From contig JAQGDQ010000025.1 in assembly GCA_030141605.1 (NCBI GenBank), positions 602,907 to 666,906 on the forward strand: a stretch of 64,000 nucleotides of DNA, read 5' to 3'. Below, in pieces: positions 50,737-64,000 of this stretch. Made by a program: the position numbers and the translations under genes. Source of the DNA: Tubiluchus corallicola (lineage: Eukaryota; Animalia; Priapulida). Each line of letters begins with the position of its first letter. Positions within the stretch are counted from its first letter, which is position 1. A model generated the notes under the pieces. That model saw only the letters and a list, made by a program, of their open reading frames with translations, was not told the DNA's origin and did no database searches.

Positions 50737-52613
50737 TGGGAAAAAGCAAAAAGCAGGAGGGAATGAGGACAAACTAGTGATGAAAGGCGTTTAATGTGGC
50801 AACAATCCTTTTAATGTGCAAGGCAATGCTTAACGAACTGAAATTGGGAAAGCTTTTTGTGCAAATACCTACAAATTTACTTTACATAAGTGGCTTTTGC
50901 ATGCTGCCGTTTCGCGTAAAAGCCGTGGGTTCAGGCATTAAAAAGCCGCAATCCGCATCCAAATGAATGCGGGTGCCGCAACCGCATGACCGCAAGCCGC
51001 TATCCGCCCATCTCTGATCCGGAAAGGGTTAAAATAAAAGCGGAAATCTTTTTTGTTAGTGAAATGTTGTTGGTAGACTTCCAAGAAGATTTCTCGCAAG
51101 TTTTCAAACTTGTGAAAGTTTGAGTGTAGAGTAGAGTTTCAGTTTTAGGGTTTGACTCTATAGTTTGATGGTGTGTGTGTAGTTGTTATTTTGTTCGTTC
51201 TTTTACTGAAAGTCTAAGACACGATTAATAATGATGCCATATTTTGGTACATTAGCTGCTGCTCGCTATGCTAATTCACTTTAGTTTAAATATCTTGGTA
51301 ACTGTCTGCTGCCTTGTGGTTCTACAATGTTGCGTAATACTTGCATGAGCAGTGGTGTCATAGAAGCTGTCAACTACTATTTTATCTTCCTTTTATTAAA
51401 GTTGTAAATTAAAAACCTTTTTTCTTTAATTTTCTTGTTTATTGATTGATTTGCTCCAATTTAAAGTTGAGATAAGTATATTTTATATAACTCAGTAAAA
51501 GCTTAAACGTAATTAAAACTGATACCACATTAATTTTATGGTTTCATGATTTTGCGATGTCTCCTTTACAAAAAATGAACAATGCATTGTACCATAATAC
51601 CACCAGTCAAACGTCTTTAGAAGCAACAGTATATTATTTAACAAGATTAACTGTTGTCTAGATTCTGCAAACATTAATGATAGAGTGTGCGTCACAGCAT
51701 GTCACGCTTTCAGCATACTGGAGCACATTACTGACATGCATAACCAACAATTTACACAAAAAAAAGCAGCTGTAGAAGCACCTAAGGTAGCAGTTTGAAT
51801 AAATAAAGAGGAATTTGTTGCTTTCCTTGATGTAAATAGTGTAATTTGAATCAAATTATCAGTCATGAATTTCTTGTATAAATTATTCAAGGAGTACTTT
51901 TACTAACAGTTGCAAAAGGGCTGGCCCTGGTCCCACAATTTAAATGTGTTCCAACCTCTTCAAATAGTCTTTCATAAATGCAGTTACATTTCACAAGCAT
52001 TTTCACCAGTCATTGATTTGAAACATGCATGACTATTGCGTACGCAAATAGAGATACTTCATGGTTGCTTATAAAACTAAAGACATTATTATTAATAAGC
52101 TTAAAGACAATAAAATCCCACATTTATTTTTGTGCTAATAAATTTTTTATAAGAAGATCTCCGGCAAACACTCAGTGGTTGCTAATGTGCTTGACAGTAC
52201 ACTATTGATATGTAACAGTTCAACACAATGTAGCCAAGTCCATAGTTTCGTGTCACTGCTTAACTTATTATATCATTTGCTATATGAGATACAATTATTT
52301 CCGCAAAAGCCTCGCACGCAACAGACTTTGTCATATAACTCAAATTGAAAGGGTTATAAATACCAATCATTCAATGCTGTTTCATGAATGCAACTTTCGC
52401 AAATTCAGCTGTTGATCAGTGATATATTCCATAAGCATTTTTACCAGTTGTTGATTCGAAGTGTGTATGACTGTTGCTTGTGCACTTAGAAAGTTTTTAG
52501 ATACACTTCATGGTTTCGTATAAAACTAAAAACTATATACTATGCATTTATCACGGTCTGTGCTATTATTACTACACAAATCTACATCAACTTTGTTCAA
52601 TATTTTCAGGATT

Positions 52614-55600
52614 ATGACGAGTTTACTTTCGTCAAGACCTCGACGCCGTCGACAGCGTAGTCGAGCTGCGGAACAAACATCACCTGCTGGTAAGCTAAAT
52701 ATAATGTACACATTAATTTTTGACAAAACCAATGTAATTTTTGTGTTGTCTTTGCTTTTACCTTATTCTTTACAGAGATTTTGTTTCTACATATAATCCA
52801 AATAAGCCGTGATACATCATCTTACTTCATGTTGTATGCTGTTGACCTCGATTCAGATTTCATCACTGTTGGCGAAATCAGGTTTTCTTAATAATTTAAA
52901 AACCAAATGGGAAAATCAGTTCACTAATTTATTAATTCGGATGAGATAAGTATAATCATCTGTTTATAATACACACAGTAGCCCTGTTTTTACGTAATGC
53001 TTAAAATGTTTTCACATTTTAATAATGAACATGTACTTGTACTTTTTTTCTAGGTCTAGATGTCTGTATAGATTTAACCAGTGATACTCAGGAATTCGAT
53101 GCCAATGGACAACTGATTGACTTAACAAGTGTTAGCGATACACCGGTGTCAACTAATCCAGGTAAAAGATTGAATATTTACTAACGAATATGTTTTTGTT
53201 AAAATGTAAAATTTGATGTTAATATCATACACTGTGCGGAATTTTCCAGAGTACATTTTATCGGATTATACCCAACTAAAAAAAATTATCGTTTTAAAAT
53301 TAATACAGTTTCATTTTCTTCATAACTGTGTGCATCTGTATTCCTCTTATGGTAAAGATGAATGCAGCAAGACAATACAAGCTACTCCTACAAAACTTAT
53401 AACTTAGTACATATAACTTACCTCGACACACTAGTCTGCTAGATGTTAGACCATTGAGTTTTTTCATACACACATAAGTATGATGTTAAAAGCGATAAAA
53501 TGCAAAATGTGATTTTGAGCTATATAGTCAAAATAATAATAACTCTACAAATATAAAGATCTTTGTGTCTCTCCAGTGGCTCTTACTGTTTCTTACTTTT
53601 TTAAATAAAAAATCAAATCTCGCATATTTTGAGTAAAATTATAAAAATATTTACCCGACAACTTCATTCTGATAAATAACCCACTAAGTAACAAATTTTA
53701 TAATATTTTAATTAAAATTTTGACTGCATACTAGCAGTCATGTTCAGGTAAACAATTATAATTGCTAGTGTGCAGTGAAAATGTTGCTTTCCTTAATAAA
53801 AATGTCCTAAAATTTGTTTTGATTTTACTGTTGTGCAGGTAGACCAATTCGGCTACGTAGACGCTTTTCTCGACGGTCGCTGCGATCATCACCATATGTC
53901 TTGCGAAATCGTCGCAACAGTAGCGATATACAGATAGAGGCTGTGGTGGAGCCACCACCAAGTGATTCCGATAATGAGGGTGATGAAGATGATGAGGATG
54001 TACTACCTGTCTTTGACGGGCTATATTCAAGGTATTGTAATATATTCATTAAAATTTATTTTAATTAAATTGTATTTTCATTAGATATACTTTGATGCAG
54101 GTGGCTTGAAACTAAAATGACAAATAACAGACATTCGCAATTTTATAGTAATGGGCTGATCAGCATTTTTGGGTATCAAGTTGACTGCGAGCCAATTGGC
54201 TTTGGTATTCACTGATACCAATCAATCACAAGTCAGATACGAAAATATTCCTGCCACAAAAATTATTCTTAAATTGTGTTGTCTTATTATGTATGTTATA
54301 CATGTCAAAAGATATTACCTGCCGAACTTCAATGCTGAAACTTTGTCATTTATTTGTAATAATGGTGTGAAATAGTAATGCATCAAACAGCTGGAATGGT
54401 CAAAGGGCAGCTGTACGGCTGAAATGTTTAATCTGCTGTATGTATAGCTGGTGTCCTTCAAGGGATCTCAGTTGAATGAGATATGGTTGCTACATGTAAA
54501 TAACATTATGCTAAATATTTCCAAACTTTTGCTCAAAACCAGCTTTATACGTTTTATTTTTACATTCTCTTATAAATTCAGCCATATTTATGGCGTGATT
54601 GGCCCTAATAGTTTAACAAACCAATCAATAATTTAATGAAGAGGCGACCAAAACTTATTTACTAATCACCGATAACAACCAAACACTTCGGTTTGATCAC
54701 CGATCTTTGATTAGTTTGGTCCATCGCTACAATTTAATGTAATGCTGTATGTTTTTTAAATAACTTTAATAACACTTTCATTTACTTAATGTTTAGGCAG
54801 AATATTTGCATCTAATTTGGCTGTCATTTTGCTTTAAAACAAAACCGGACCAAATCTTAAACTGTAGGTCAAAACAACCTGCTCTTTAAAATATTGAAAG
54901 GAAACGTACTGCTTTTTCAAAAATGACTTACGTTAAAGAATTATTACCACACAAACACAACTTCGCATTCGAGCCACTAGTTCTTCACTTTTACAAGCAT
55001 TTCGCCATTCGCTAGTTAGACGGGCACTAGCGCCTGCATTTCGGAAACGCATTGCACAAAAAACAGGTGCTGTAGCTCTCATTTCAGATGTGTTAGTTTG
55101 TGACAAACTACACATGCTTATGCGTGAGCACACAACACACTGAATATCTTACAGTAGCATTGTACTTCAATTTTCATTTTTGCAAACACATGCAACACAC
55201 TCGTGGAATAGTTTTGCTGTTGAAATAATTGGGCTAGCCTGCCATTAATTAAGTTTTTAATCTATTATTTAATTATCAGAAACGCTTTTGAAGTATTAAT
55301 TGTATTAAAATGTATACTTTTTATCAGCCTTGAAAATTGGGTAGTATATGAAAAATCATCCAGTCTTCCTTTAAGTTGAAACAAATCCTGCTATGCATGC
55401 TTTTGCTTAAAGGTGACAATGTCTCAGTTTAATTGTATAACATATATTGCAGAGATAGAGTCAGACCTGAGACAAACAATACTGATGAACCCGAGGATGT
55501 AGATTTGCAACCTGATTTAGAACTTATATCTTCCAAAAAGAAGAAGAGAACACCCAGCCCTTCACCAGCACCTGCATCTAGTAATGAAGATGAACATACG

Positions 55601-56864
55601 CCAAACACAAAACTCATATGTCCTGTGTGTTTAGAAGGGGTAAGTTAAGATGTGCTGTCACCAAAGCTTTGTATGTAAGCATTCTTAGGTCTGGAGATGA
55701 TGAAATACTTTTCCAGTCATCAGAGTTGGAAGTTTGAAGAATACTAATGTTATAGCTCTTTAGCACATATAGTATATTTCCAATCTCCTAAATACACGTT
55801 TGTGAAACAGATTAAATATTTAATGTTAAACGTTGACACATGTGCATTTCAAATTGAATTAAATCAGAGCTGAGCTCAGTTTTGAACCAGTGTCCTTTGG
55901 ATTGAAAGTCCTATGCCATGCTTTTTACATAGTTTGGCAGACTGCAAGCTAAAAGTGATATTGTGAATGATTTTGGATAGTTATTTCATTTTCCTTGGAA
56001 TATTTTTGGATTCTAAGATAATTACAAAAAATTATTTATAAACATTTTAGTATAAGCTACTAGAAATGTTGGGTTAATAAGCAAGCTGTTACGAACTGTG
56101 TTAACAGCTTTCTTGAAAAGGTTCTATATCTAGTAGTCATTGCATTTGACTTGTAATCCAAACGTCCTTGGTTAAAATCACGCTAGTGGCGTAAATTGAA
56201 CTCGTGACACCCAGGGCAGCACTTGAGTTTCCCTCCGTCCCTCAAAAAACACAGTGTAACAACATCATTGCGTTTGTAGATTTGTAAAATTTAGCAGTGT
56301 TGTTTTGCAGTTGCAGTAAGTTGTAGAGATAATGCAAATAATAAAGCGCTACTGAAAAAAAACGCTTTTGAAGAAATAAACTCTTTCTGCATGGTTCGAA
56401 AGCTACAGTAAGTTTCCATAATTGCAAACTTTCAGCAGAAGGCGCTGTAAGGGGTGTTTTTGTGGAAGATTAAGTTGTGTCATGTGTCTTACCTTTCTAC
56501 TGTTCAGGCAAAATCAACTTTTCAAGTGAACTTGATCAAAGTAACGCCCGTGCCAGACTGCCCTCCCCCTCCTTAACTACACCACCGAACCAAGTTCATT
56601 CCCTGATTTTCACATTTCCTCTCCTCCAGTCAGGTTTGATTTCAAAATGATTTCTTAACTGATGATTTTGAAATTAATAAACGTAAGTAATTCATGAAAA
56701 TTTTATTTTCTCAGATTCAAAAGCCAGGCAAGAATCCCACATCTACTGACTGTGGACATCTGTTTTGCAAAGAATGCATTGTTAGTGCCATTAGCTCGCA
56801 AGGAAAGTGTCCCACATGTCGTCGACGCTTAACAAAAAAAAGAATACATCCCATATTCATATAA
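52614..56864 (+). CDS. RNF4: RNF4-like SUMO-targeted RING E3 ubiquitin ligase, ~237 aa
   Basis: Coding exons are 52614-52689, 53054-53161, 53839-54031, 55453-55639 and 56715-56864, in a continuous frame. SIM motifs CIDLT and LIDLT are present. The C-terminal C3HC4 RING reads CPVC...STDCGHLFCKECI...CPTCRR...IHPIFI. Confidence 0.85.
56184..56587. mobile_element. Possible degraded hAT-type MITE in an RNF4 intron
   Basis: The ends TAGTGGCGTA...TACACCACCG resemble a CAGTGGCGTA TIR. The TSD is not convincing. Confidence 0.35.
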
Positions 56865-57954
56865 ATTTAAGGTTTTTTCATTTTGTAAGGTTAATAAATA
56901 TTTGAAATTGTGATGTTTTGCCGATAAGCGACATTTAGTTTTTTGTCATTTTTGTTACATAATTATCATGAATTGTTATATTTGTTTACAAGCTTTTGTT
57001 TTTTTTATTGTATTCTTATTAATCTCATTAGAGTGTCTGTTATCTTTGTTTGCCTTTGTAAAAGAAATTGTAAAACTATGAAATTATCATACTAATGAAG
57101 CTTGGCATATCGTAATGCGATGGTTTTCAGAAAACATGCACCATAATTACTATAGATTAGAAATAGCACATTGCAAACATTTTCCTAAGTGCAATGTACT
57201 TTGTAAATGTTCTATGTATTTGTTTTACTAAAATGACTAAGCACTGTATTATTATAGATGTTAACTGTTTAAATACATTTTCGTCAAATTTTTACTGCAC
57301 TGCCTTATTTTGTTACTAACAAATAAAATGAGAATGAAACAGACAACAGCATCACAGCAAAAGAGACCTTATAGAGTTACTGTGCAAGTAACCCAAAAAT
57401 ACTCAAATTTGACTACTTGACATCTAACTAACTGTTACAACAGATTTTGTTTCAATTGTGATTTAATCTCCTACACCAAAACGACTAAAGATGAGAAAAT
57501 ACTGCAGAATCGGGCACAGGAAAATCAAAGACAGCTAACCATATACACAAACATACCATATACACATACATATAACCATAAGGCATATACTAAGTATCCT
57601 CAGCCATCTGCGTGAGTCTCGGCACAGTTCGTGCTGCATCAATGCAGTGCCATCATTTTGGAAATTTATTATAACATTTATCACAAATACACAAGTTATA
57701 AAAGCTCTACTAACCACTTAATTTTGGAGTTTTTTATACAAATGGGAACCCTGCAAGTTGGAATCCAGCATTCAAAATCGGGATTTGCCTTATTGTCAAG
57801 GATATGCCTCTAAGATGAGCTGCTGAACGGCAGAGATGTCTTGGCCACATTTGTATTAGTATGTATTGTACATCATCCTCTGCAAAGCCATAACCACTCA
57901 GGTATGTACCACAATTGCTTTATTCAAATCATTTGTTAAACCTACACAAATTTA

Positions 57955-58174
57955 TTCATGTGGAAACATGGTGGAGTGAAAGCTGAGTGAAATGTAAAGC
58001 AAATTATTCACTGCAGTTATAATTCTTGTTCATTCATGTGGAAACGTGGTGAAGTGAAACCTGAGTGAAATGTAAAGCAATTTATTCACTGCAGTTATAA
58101 TTCATGTGGAAACGTGGTGAAGTGAAAGCTGAGGGAAATGTAAAGCAAATTATTCACTGCAGTTATAATTCTTG
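57955..58174. repeat. Tandem repeat, three ~70-bp units
   Basis: TTCATGTGGAAAC(A/G)TGGTG...GAAATGTAAAGCAA(A/T)TTATTCACTGCAGTTATAATTC begins at 57955, 58033 and 58101. Confidence 0.92.
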
Positions 58175-58937
58175 TACGATATTGGGAAGCATACTTGTTT
58201 CTAGAAATTTAGCAAAGCCGATAGTATTACATTTTTTTCGTAAATGGCATCATTACTATGTTAAGATGCTTATAACTTTGAAAAAACTTCTGAACTATGA
58301 AAGAACTAGCATTGCTACCCATAGATGGTTTCTGTTAATATTTAATAAGTACTAGAAGCACATACTATTCAGCTGTACAGGCAGACCAAGTGGTATGATA
58401 TTTACCTTGAACTGAATAAAGCATTGCAAAAATATCACAAAAATCACTAACTAAACTTTTAGGTAAAAAAGACATTCCTATCTGGTGATCCACCAGTACA
58501 AGCATACTTAAATTACCTATAAGACGTATTAATACACTAGAAATTCTGCAATGTGCATATCCTAAGAAAATCCTTACTAAATTCACCAATTTGGTGCAGT
58601 TACACTTAGTGGATTTGTAATATTGCCATGCACTTAAATCAACATTAGCCATTCACTCTTGTTGTAATGGAAAATAGCATATTAAATTGCATGATGCCTT
58701 TATTATGTACAGTAACAGCTACTCCAGCAAAATTTTTAGCACAATTGCAATGTGAGAATCCTAGAATTAGCTGACATTTCTCATACAATCAAAATAACAT
58801 TGACTCAGCATTGTACAGGACTTCACCAAAACTGTCCTGGTCATATCAATCATACCTTATTACTAGCACAGTAATGTGGTAAACACTATCGATTTACCTA
58901 AATATAATAATTAAAAAACACCTACTAAATGCCAGGG

Positions 58938-61900
58938 CTATTGTACATCTTGCTGATGTTGGTACGCATCAGCACCAGAAGCACTTGCGTGTGCTATTAA
59001 CAATCTAGATATTTGCCGAGTTTCTAAAAGTAACAAAGCTTCGTTTATCCAGTCTGCAGCTACACGCCGTGGCTCTCCGCTTAGCTGATTCAGCAAACGG
59101 ACGGCCGTTTCCAGGTCGCCAGCATGCAGGTACTGCTCGGCGTATGACAGCAGGCTAAATGTGCTGGTTTGTTCCGGATCTATTGCTTCATCTTCCTCCA
59201 GCTTGTGCTGATTTGCTTCTAAGATGAAGAAAGATTGAAAATAGCTGAGAATGTACTTGAAAAGGGATCCACCGGAATCGTCGATCATGGCTACTCTGCG
59301 GCATATTCTTTTCACGCGGATGAACCTCTGACGGAGCGAGTCTTCCGTGTAAACACCACGGGTCAACGCTTCCTCTGGCACTGAATTTACTAATGTATCT
59401 ATAAACGGATGATCACCTACAAGAAAAACCACAAATTTTTCACTTTCAATTTTAGTCAATAAATGGCATTTCTATTTTATTTTCTGAGGTTTAGTTAAAC
59501 AGGAAACTAATTGCAAAGTATATAAGCTAGTTTAAAGTAACATTATGAATGCCTAACAGTTTCTTCAGAGCAACTGTTAGACCAATCAGACCAATCAGTG
59601 ACAGTAAAAAACTTGAACACTTAACATACTGAGACAAAAGTAACTTTACTAATTCAAATGAATAAGACGTCTCACCAGCAGCCTCTTTGATGGCGACAAA
59701 TTCATTAGCCAGAGGTTTGAGACGATCTTCCCAGTTGCTTGCTTCTTTATTGCCGTTTTTTATGGTTGCATTCAGAGTCTGACAAGCTAGCCACATTTTC
59801 TGTGAGTTTTTGGCCTGAATCATTGCATCTGCTTTTGCTGCATTAGGTAAAAGATAAATGGCGAAAATTAAATGTCACAAAAGCATTATTCATTGTTATA
59901 TGAAATGGCAAAAATTAAATGTCACAAAAGCATTATTCATTGTTATATGAATGATACAAACAACTCGTAAAACATTTGTTGAAACAGCACTAGTAGAGTG
60001 GCATTAACTAGCACTTTTATCATGGTCCTATGACCCGTGACCCATGGTACCTATGATTAAATATAGAATCATATACTCAACAATGTTATCAAGATTATGA
60101 TGGAAGAACTCGGAGGTTGACGTGACTTAAATAAAGTTCCTCCAAGTTCAATGGTTTGTGACAAATGCAAACATGCACTATGTAGTACAACTTGAACTAT
60201 CGATTTCAAATATTCTGCCATCCATTTCTTATAACCTGTCTAAAAATCATTGCAGAACAGTACAGCAGTTTAGTTTTTTTGCAGTGTGTTACAAATAAGA
60301 TATTAGATTTAAAATTTGTAGAAAATGTCAGTATGTTAAATACCGTCCACTGCAGCTTCAATACCACGAAGTCGAGCCATAGAGCCAGCCATCTCGCGCT
60401 GAAGTTCATCTTTTAAAGCAGCTGCTTCTTTTTGTAAATCATTATCGAACTTTTCCTCAAATTCCTTGCGCTGTACACGGACAACATCAGTAAGGTGATC
60501 GCTATGTGCAGCAGCCTGTCGGCGCAGTTGCTGACGTAATTCAGATTCAAATTCTACTCTGGCCTCTTGCATCTATAAATACAATACAGTTAAAAATTGT
60601 GGGTTACATTAAACTGTGGTAAGTTAATCAAAATATTATTAGGGCTACTAAAGACACAACAATTTCATTTCAATTTATTCACTGCCTTACATTAGGACAA
60701 TATAGGGCAAAAGTAAGCAATACACATTGTGCAAGTCTGTGGCTGATCCTCACACTGATGAAAGGTGTCTATTGATGAAAGAATATCTTTGATTTTTCGA
60801 AATTGTTTGACGGATTTTAAGTGATAATGCCTCCATTCTAAAAAGCAAATTCCATCACCATATTGCATAAAAAACACATTTTCAACAAACAACTTAAAAA
60901 ACACCTGTTTGGCACCACTGGGAAATACAGAAAAAGGACCTACATCAAACTTGACGCTTCAAAAATAGTACAGAAAAGTTATTAGAAAAGCAGTGTTTAT
61001 AATATGATGAATGGAAGAATAGTTATATTCTGTTATCAGGTGCTGTTTTGAACAAAGCTCTCTTTTGCACTCTTTCCCTTACAACACTAATTATTACGCA
61101 GAAACCAAGCAAAAACTGAAAATAAAAGTTGGCTGATATGCAGCAGTTATGAAAAAATGCCCACGGCCAGTGTCAATATTAATTAATCTAGTTATATGAA
61201 ATTTTCAATACCTCAACACGACATAACTGACTGGCAGAGACCTGATTTTCACAGCTTCTGACCCAAAAGTACTAGCGACTGTTTTAGTTAACAATATCTC
61301 TCTATGACTCCAACACAAATCTTCAACTCAATGAAACACCCTGTTTTACTTCAGGGCTTGGGAACCCGAATTTTCTTTATTAGTCTAACATTTAACATTC
61401 TTCCTGGCAATAATAACTTTAAACTCCAGTAACTATTTAGGTAAGCAAGGCTCAGTCTCTAGACAAAATTTTGAGTTACTACCTCAGTATATTCTCTCTC
61501 TGCATTAATAATAAATTAAGGAGATGGTACACTACCAGCATTATCTTTTCTTGTTCAAATTCTTGTCTTCTTTTTTCGAGTTCGCTTTCCAGTTGTCTCG
61601 CAAATCTTGATTCATCATCTTTCTTCTGATGTTGCAGAGCCTGCTGCAGTCGTTGCTGTTCTCGTACCTTAAAAACAATCATAAAACAAACGTTACTTTC
61701 CAGATCTAAGCCCACCTGTTGCATTTAATACTTGATTTCAATCAATAGCTGTCTTCTTTGTTGATACACTTATATACAGACAAAACAGCTGCCATTTGCA
61801 CACCATCTTATCTAGTACAATTAAACACTATTTCAAGCAAATTCTGACTGTTTCCAAAGTCACAATATAGAAAGTGCAACACCATTGCAGAGCCATCTCA

Positions 61901-63882
61901 GGAAGTCCTGCTTTAATGCCCAATGATTGAAAAATCACAGCATTGCCTAGCATTTAGACAGAGTATCACCTCTACAGAAGAAAAGCTACTCCTACAAAGT
62001 GAACTGAAATTCAAATCAAATTCAAATTAGAAAGATGGCAAGCCATTAGTTTCAGCATTTTACTCCTGCTGTATTACTAGAAAAACTATATCACTTTCGA
62101 TTACTTGATTCTTAGTACTAAGGGTAAACAAGAGTTAACAGTTTCAAAGTAAAATTGCTTAACTAAAATTTCGTAGCTCTGCTTCAAGGATTCTCATATT
62201 CATGTCTAAATATTAGGAGAACGCCCCTGCCTTTCAAACCCTTTTTTCCACGTCGCATTGACCAAACTGTAAAACAAATCTCTTAAACAATCCACTTCTT
62301 GGAACTTTATTAAAGGATTTACGAAAACAAACCATTTGCTCAGCCACCTGATCCTGGAGTTGCTCAATGCGTCGATGTGCGTGGGCAATTAGGGAATTTA
62401 ATTCGTCTTCAGTCAATTTCTTACCTAAATAAAAGAAACAGACAGCACGTCGAGTTGTAACATGCAATGATATAAATGGCTTATGCTAGTATAATCATCA
62501 CACTGCAAACAATCCACTAAATGTGACCTGGAAAGTTGTTAATACGCCTCTGTTATTTCAATAAATTCAATATTAAGTACTCACTGAATTCATGTCTTAG
62601 TTTTACCTTAGTAAATGCATAAAAACAACCGTTAATTTTCAATGTAATTTGACAACAGGGGTGACTAATTCTAAGATAAAACAAACAACACAATAGAAAA
62701 AAAACATGTCAGATCAGTGACTTGAGCTGTACAACTGATTTGTTTGCAGTATTTGTTAGTTATAGTCCAGACTTCAGAATAAAGCTGAAACCAATATATT
62801 TAACATAAAAAAATATTTTCATCTACAGCTTCAACAACCAGGGAAAAGTAAAGTAAAGAAAGTATAGGGTGCTAGCTTGCTTAACCAGGAAATTTAACAT
62901 AAGATTTAAACGATAATCTTATCTATCACTGACGTAACACTCCAGAAACCTGTGCAACTCGGCCACAAAACAAATACAAGCAATACATAATAACTAAACC
63001 TCTCTTTCCAAGTTTTACATCTGGCAGAATACTCTCAAGTTCTTTCTTGAACTGTTTCCGGCCTTGCTCAACTAAGTCTTTGTATTCAACCATGACAGCT
63101 GATTCTGTTCTTGCAGATTCCAGCTGGAAAGAAACACAGCAACATTCATTTCACGATCTTTGATTCTTGGTTACTGTGGTTACAGAAAAGTGCAGGTAAC
63201 AACTATAACGCATTCACTGCTATTACTGGCGATAGCATTAACCAATTTTCTTTATTAGTAATAAAGTGTACAACGGCTGGAAGAAATACACTAAGACGCC
63301 AAACAAGATAGCTATAACATGTGCATGCGTAAATGGAAAATTAGTAGGTTAACCACATTAAGTTAAATTTCTACAAGGTAATGTCCGAACAATATTGTAA
63401 TTGATCAGCGTTTTTGAAATAAACTGGGTACATAAGTAGTGACATAAGTAAAAAAATTAATGAGAATTTCATTTAGGTTAACCCAGTACAAAAAAATAAT
63501 TATATTTACTCTAGGAATTGGTTTAATGAAAAAAATTTGTCGATTAGCACAAGGATTTCTACACAATGTTAGACTAGCAGATGCAAGAAAAGAAACGTTA
63601 GAAATAATTTAAGATACAAGATCTGGCTCTATTGAAGTGTAGCTAATGATAAAATTAATGTGGCATTACTTCCATTACTAGCAAGGCTGGAACTAGCATT
63701 AAAAATACAAAATCTTTACGTAGGCCCACCTAAATAAAGCAATTACCTCTGATTCAGATGAGCCAAGGCTGTATTGGAGTTTGTTCAATGCATCCGCTGC
63801 GGTAATGAGAATCGGATTCCTAGCCGTATCCTTGTTTTCCCTTCCTGTATTTACAACAGTCTTCAACCTTTCTACACTTTCC
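58938..63882 (-). CDS. IMMT: MICOS subunit MIC60/mitofilin, 3' seven coding exons (gene continues beyond the window)
   Basis: Exons are 63747-63882, 63000-63123, 62333-62424, 61536-61667, 60344-60572, 59676-59837 and 58938-59416. Motifs include LNSLIAHAHRRIEQL, QLRRQAAAHSDHL, RGVYTEDSLRQRF and GDLETAVRLLNQLSGEPRRVAADW (mitofilin domain). Confidence 0.93.
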
Positions 63883-64000
63883 CTAATGAAAAAAAGAATA
63901 AGAAAGCTCGTATAACTGCAGCAACAAACTTTAGAGAAATGTACATTAATTTTTTGTGTTTGTAGCAAATGATATCATTCCCAGATTATGAAACTTCACA

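Larger units (their letters stand above)
46772..51016. mobile_element. Non-autonomous hAT-type DNA transposon, 4245 bp, with nested retroposons
   Basis: The perfect 16-bp TIR is CAGAGATGGGCGGATA (46772-46787) / TATCCGCCCATCTCTG (51001-51016). The 8-bp TSD ATCCGGAA is at 46764-46771 and 51017-51024. ATCCGC/GCCGC subterminal repeats are present and there is no transposase ORF. Confidence 0.9.

Overview
AT-rich genomic DNA from an invertebrate animal, with spliceosomal GT-AG introns and no prokaryotic features. I reconstructed six protein-coding genes by hand from splice sites and reading frames. From left to right: quaking/How STAR RNA-binding protein (minus strand; the QUA2 and tail exons are not found in the window), PDCD7 (minus, 9 coding exons), OSBPL1A/ORP1L (plus, intronless CDS), BTBD1/2 (minus, 5 coding exons), RNF4-like STUbL (plus, 5 coding exons) and the 3' part of IMMT/MIC60 (minus). 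There is also one tRNA-Gly(GCC). Mobile DNA includes two long 5'-truncated CR1/L2-group LINEs, several LINE relics, tRNA-derived SINEs, a 5S-rRNA-headed SINE and several hAT/pogo MITEs. Both divergent gene pairs have restructured intergenic regions. First, a 4.2-kb hAT-type element with a perfect 16-bp TIR and an 8-bp TSD (ATCCGGAA, containing an ETS core) sits between BTBD1/2 and RNF4 and carries nested retroposons. Second, a ~510-bp-arm inverted duplication with a reiterated motif fills the region between PDCD7 and the intronless OSBPL1A. Gene names come from recalled protein motifs; no database search was run.
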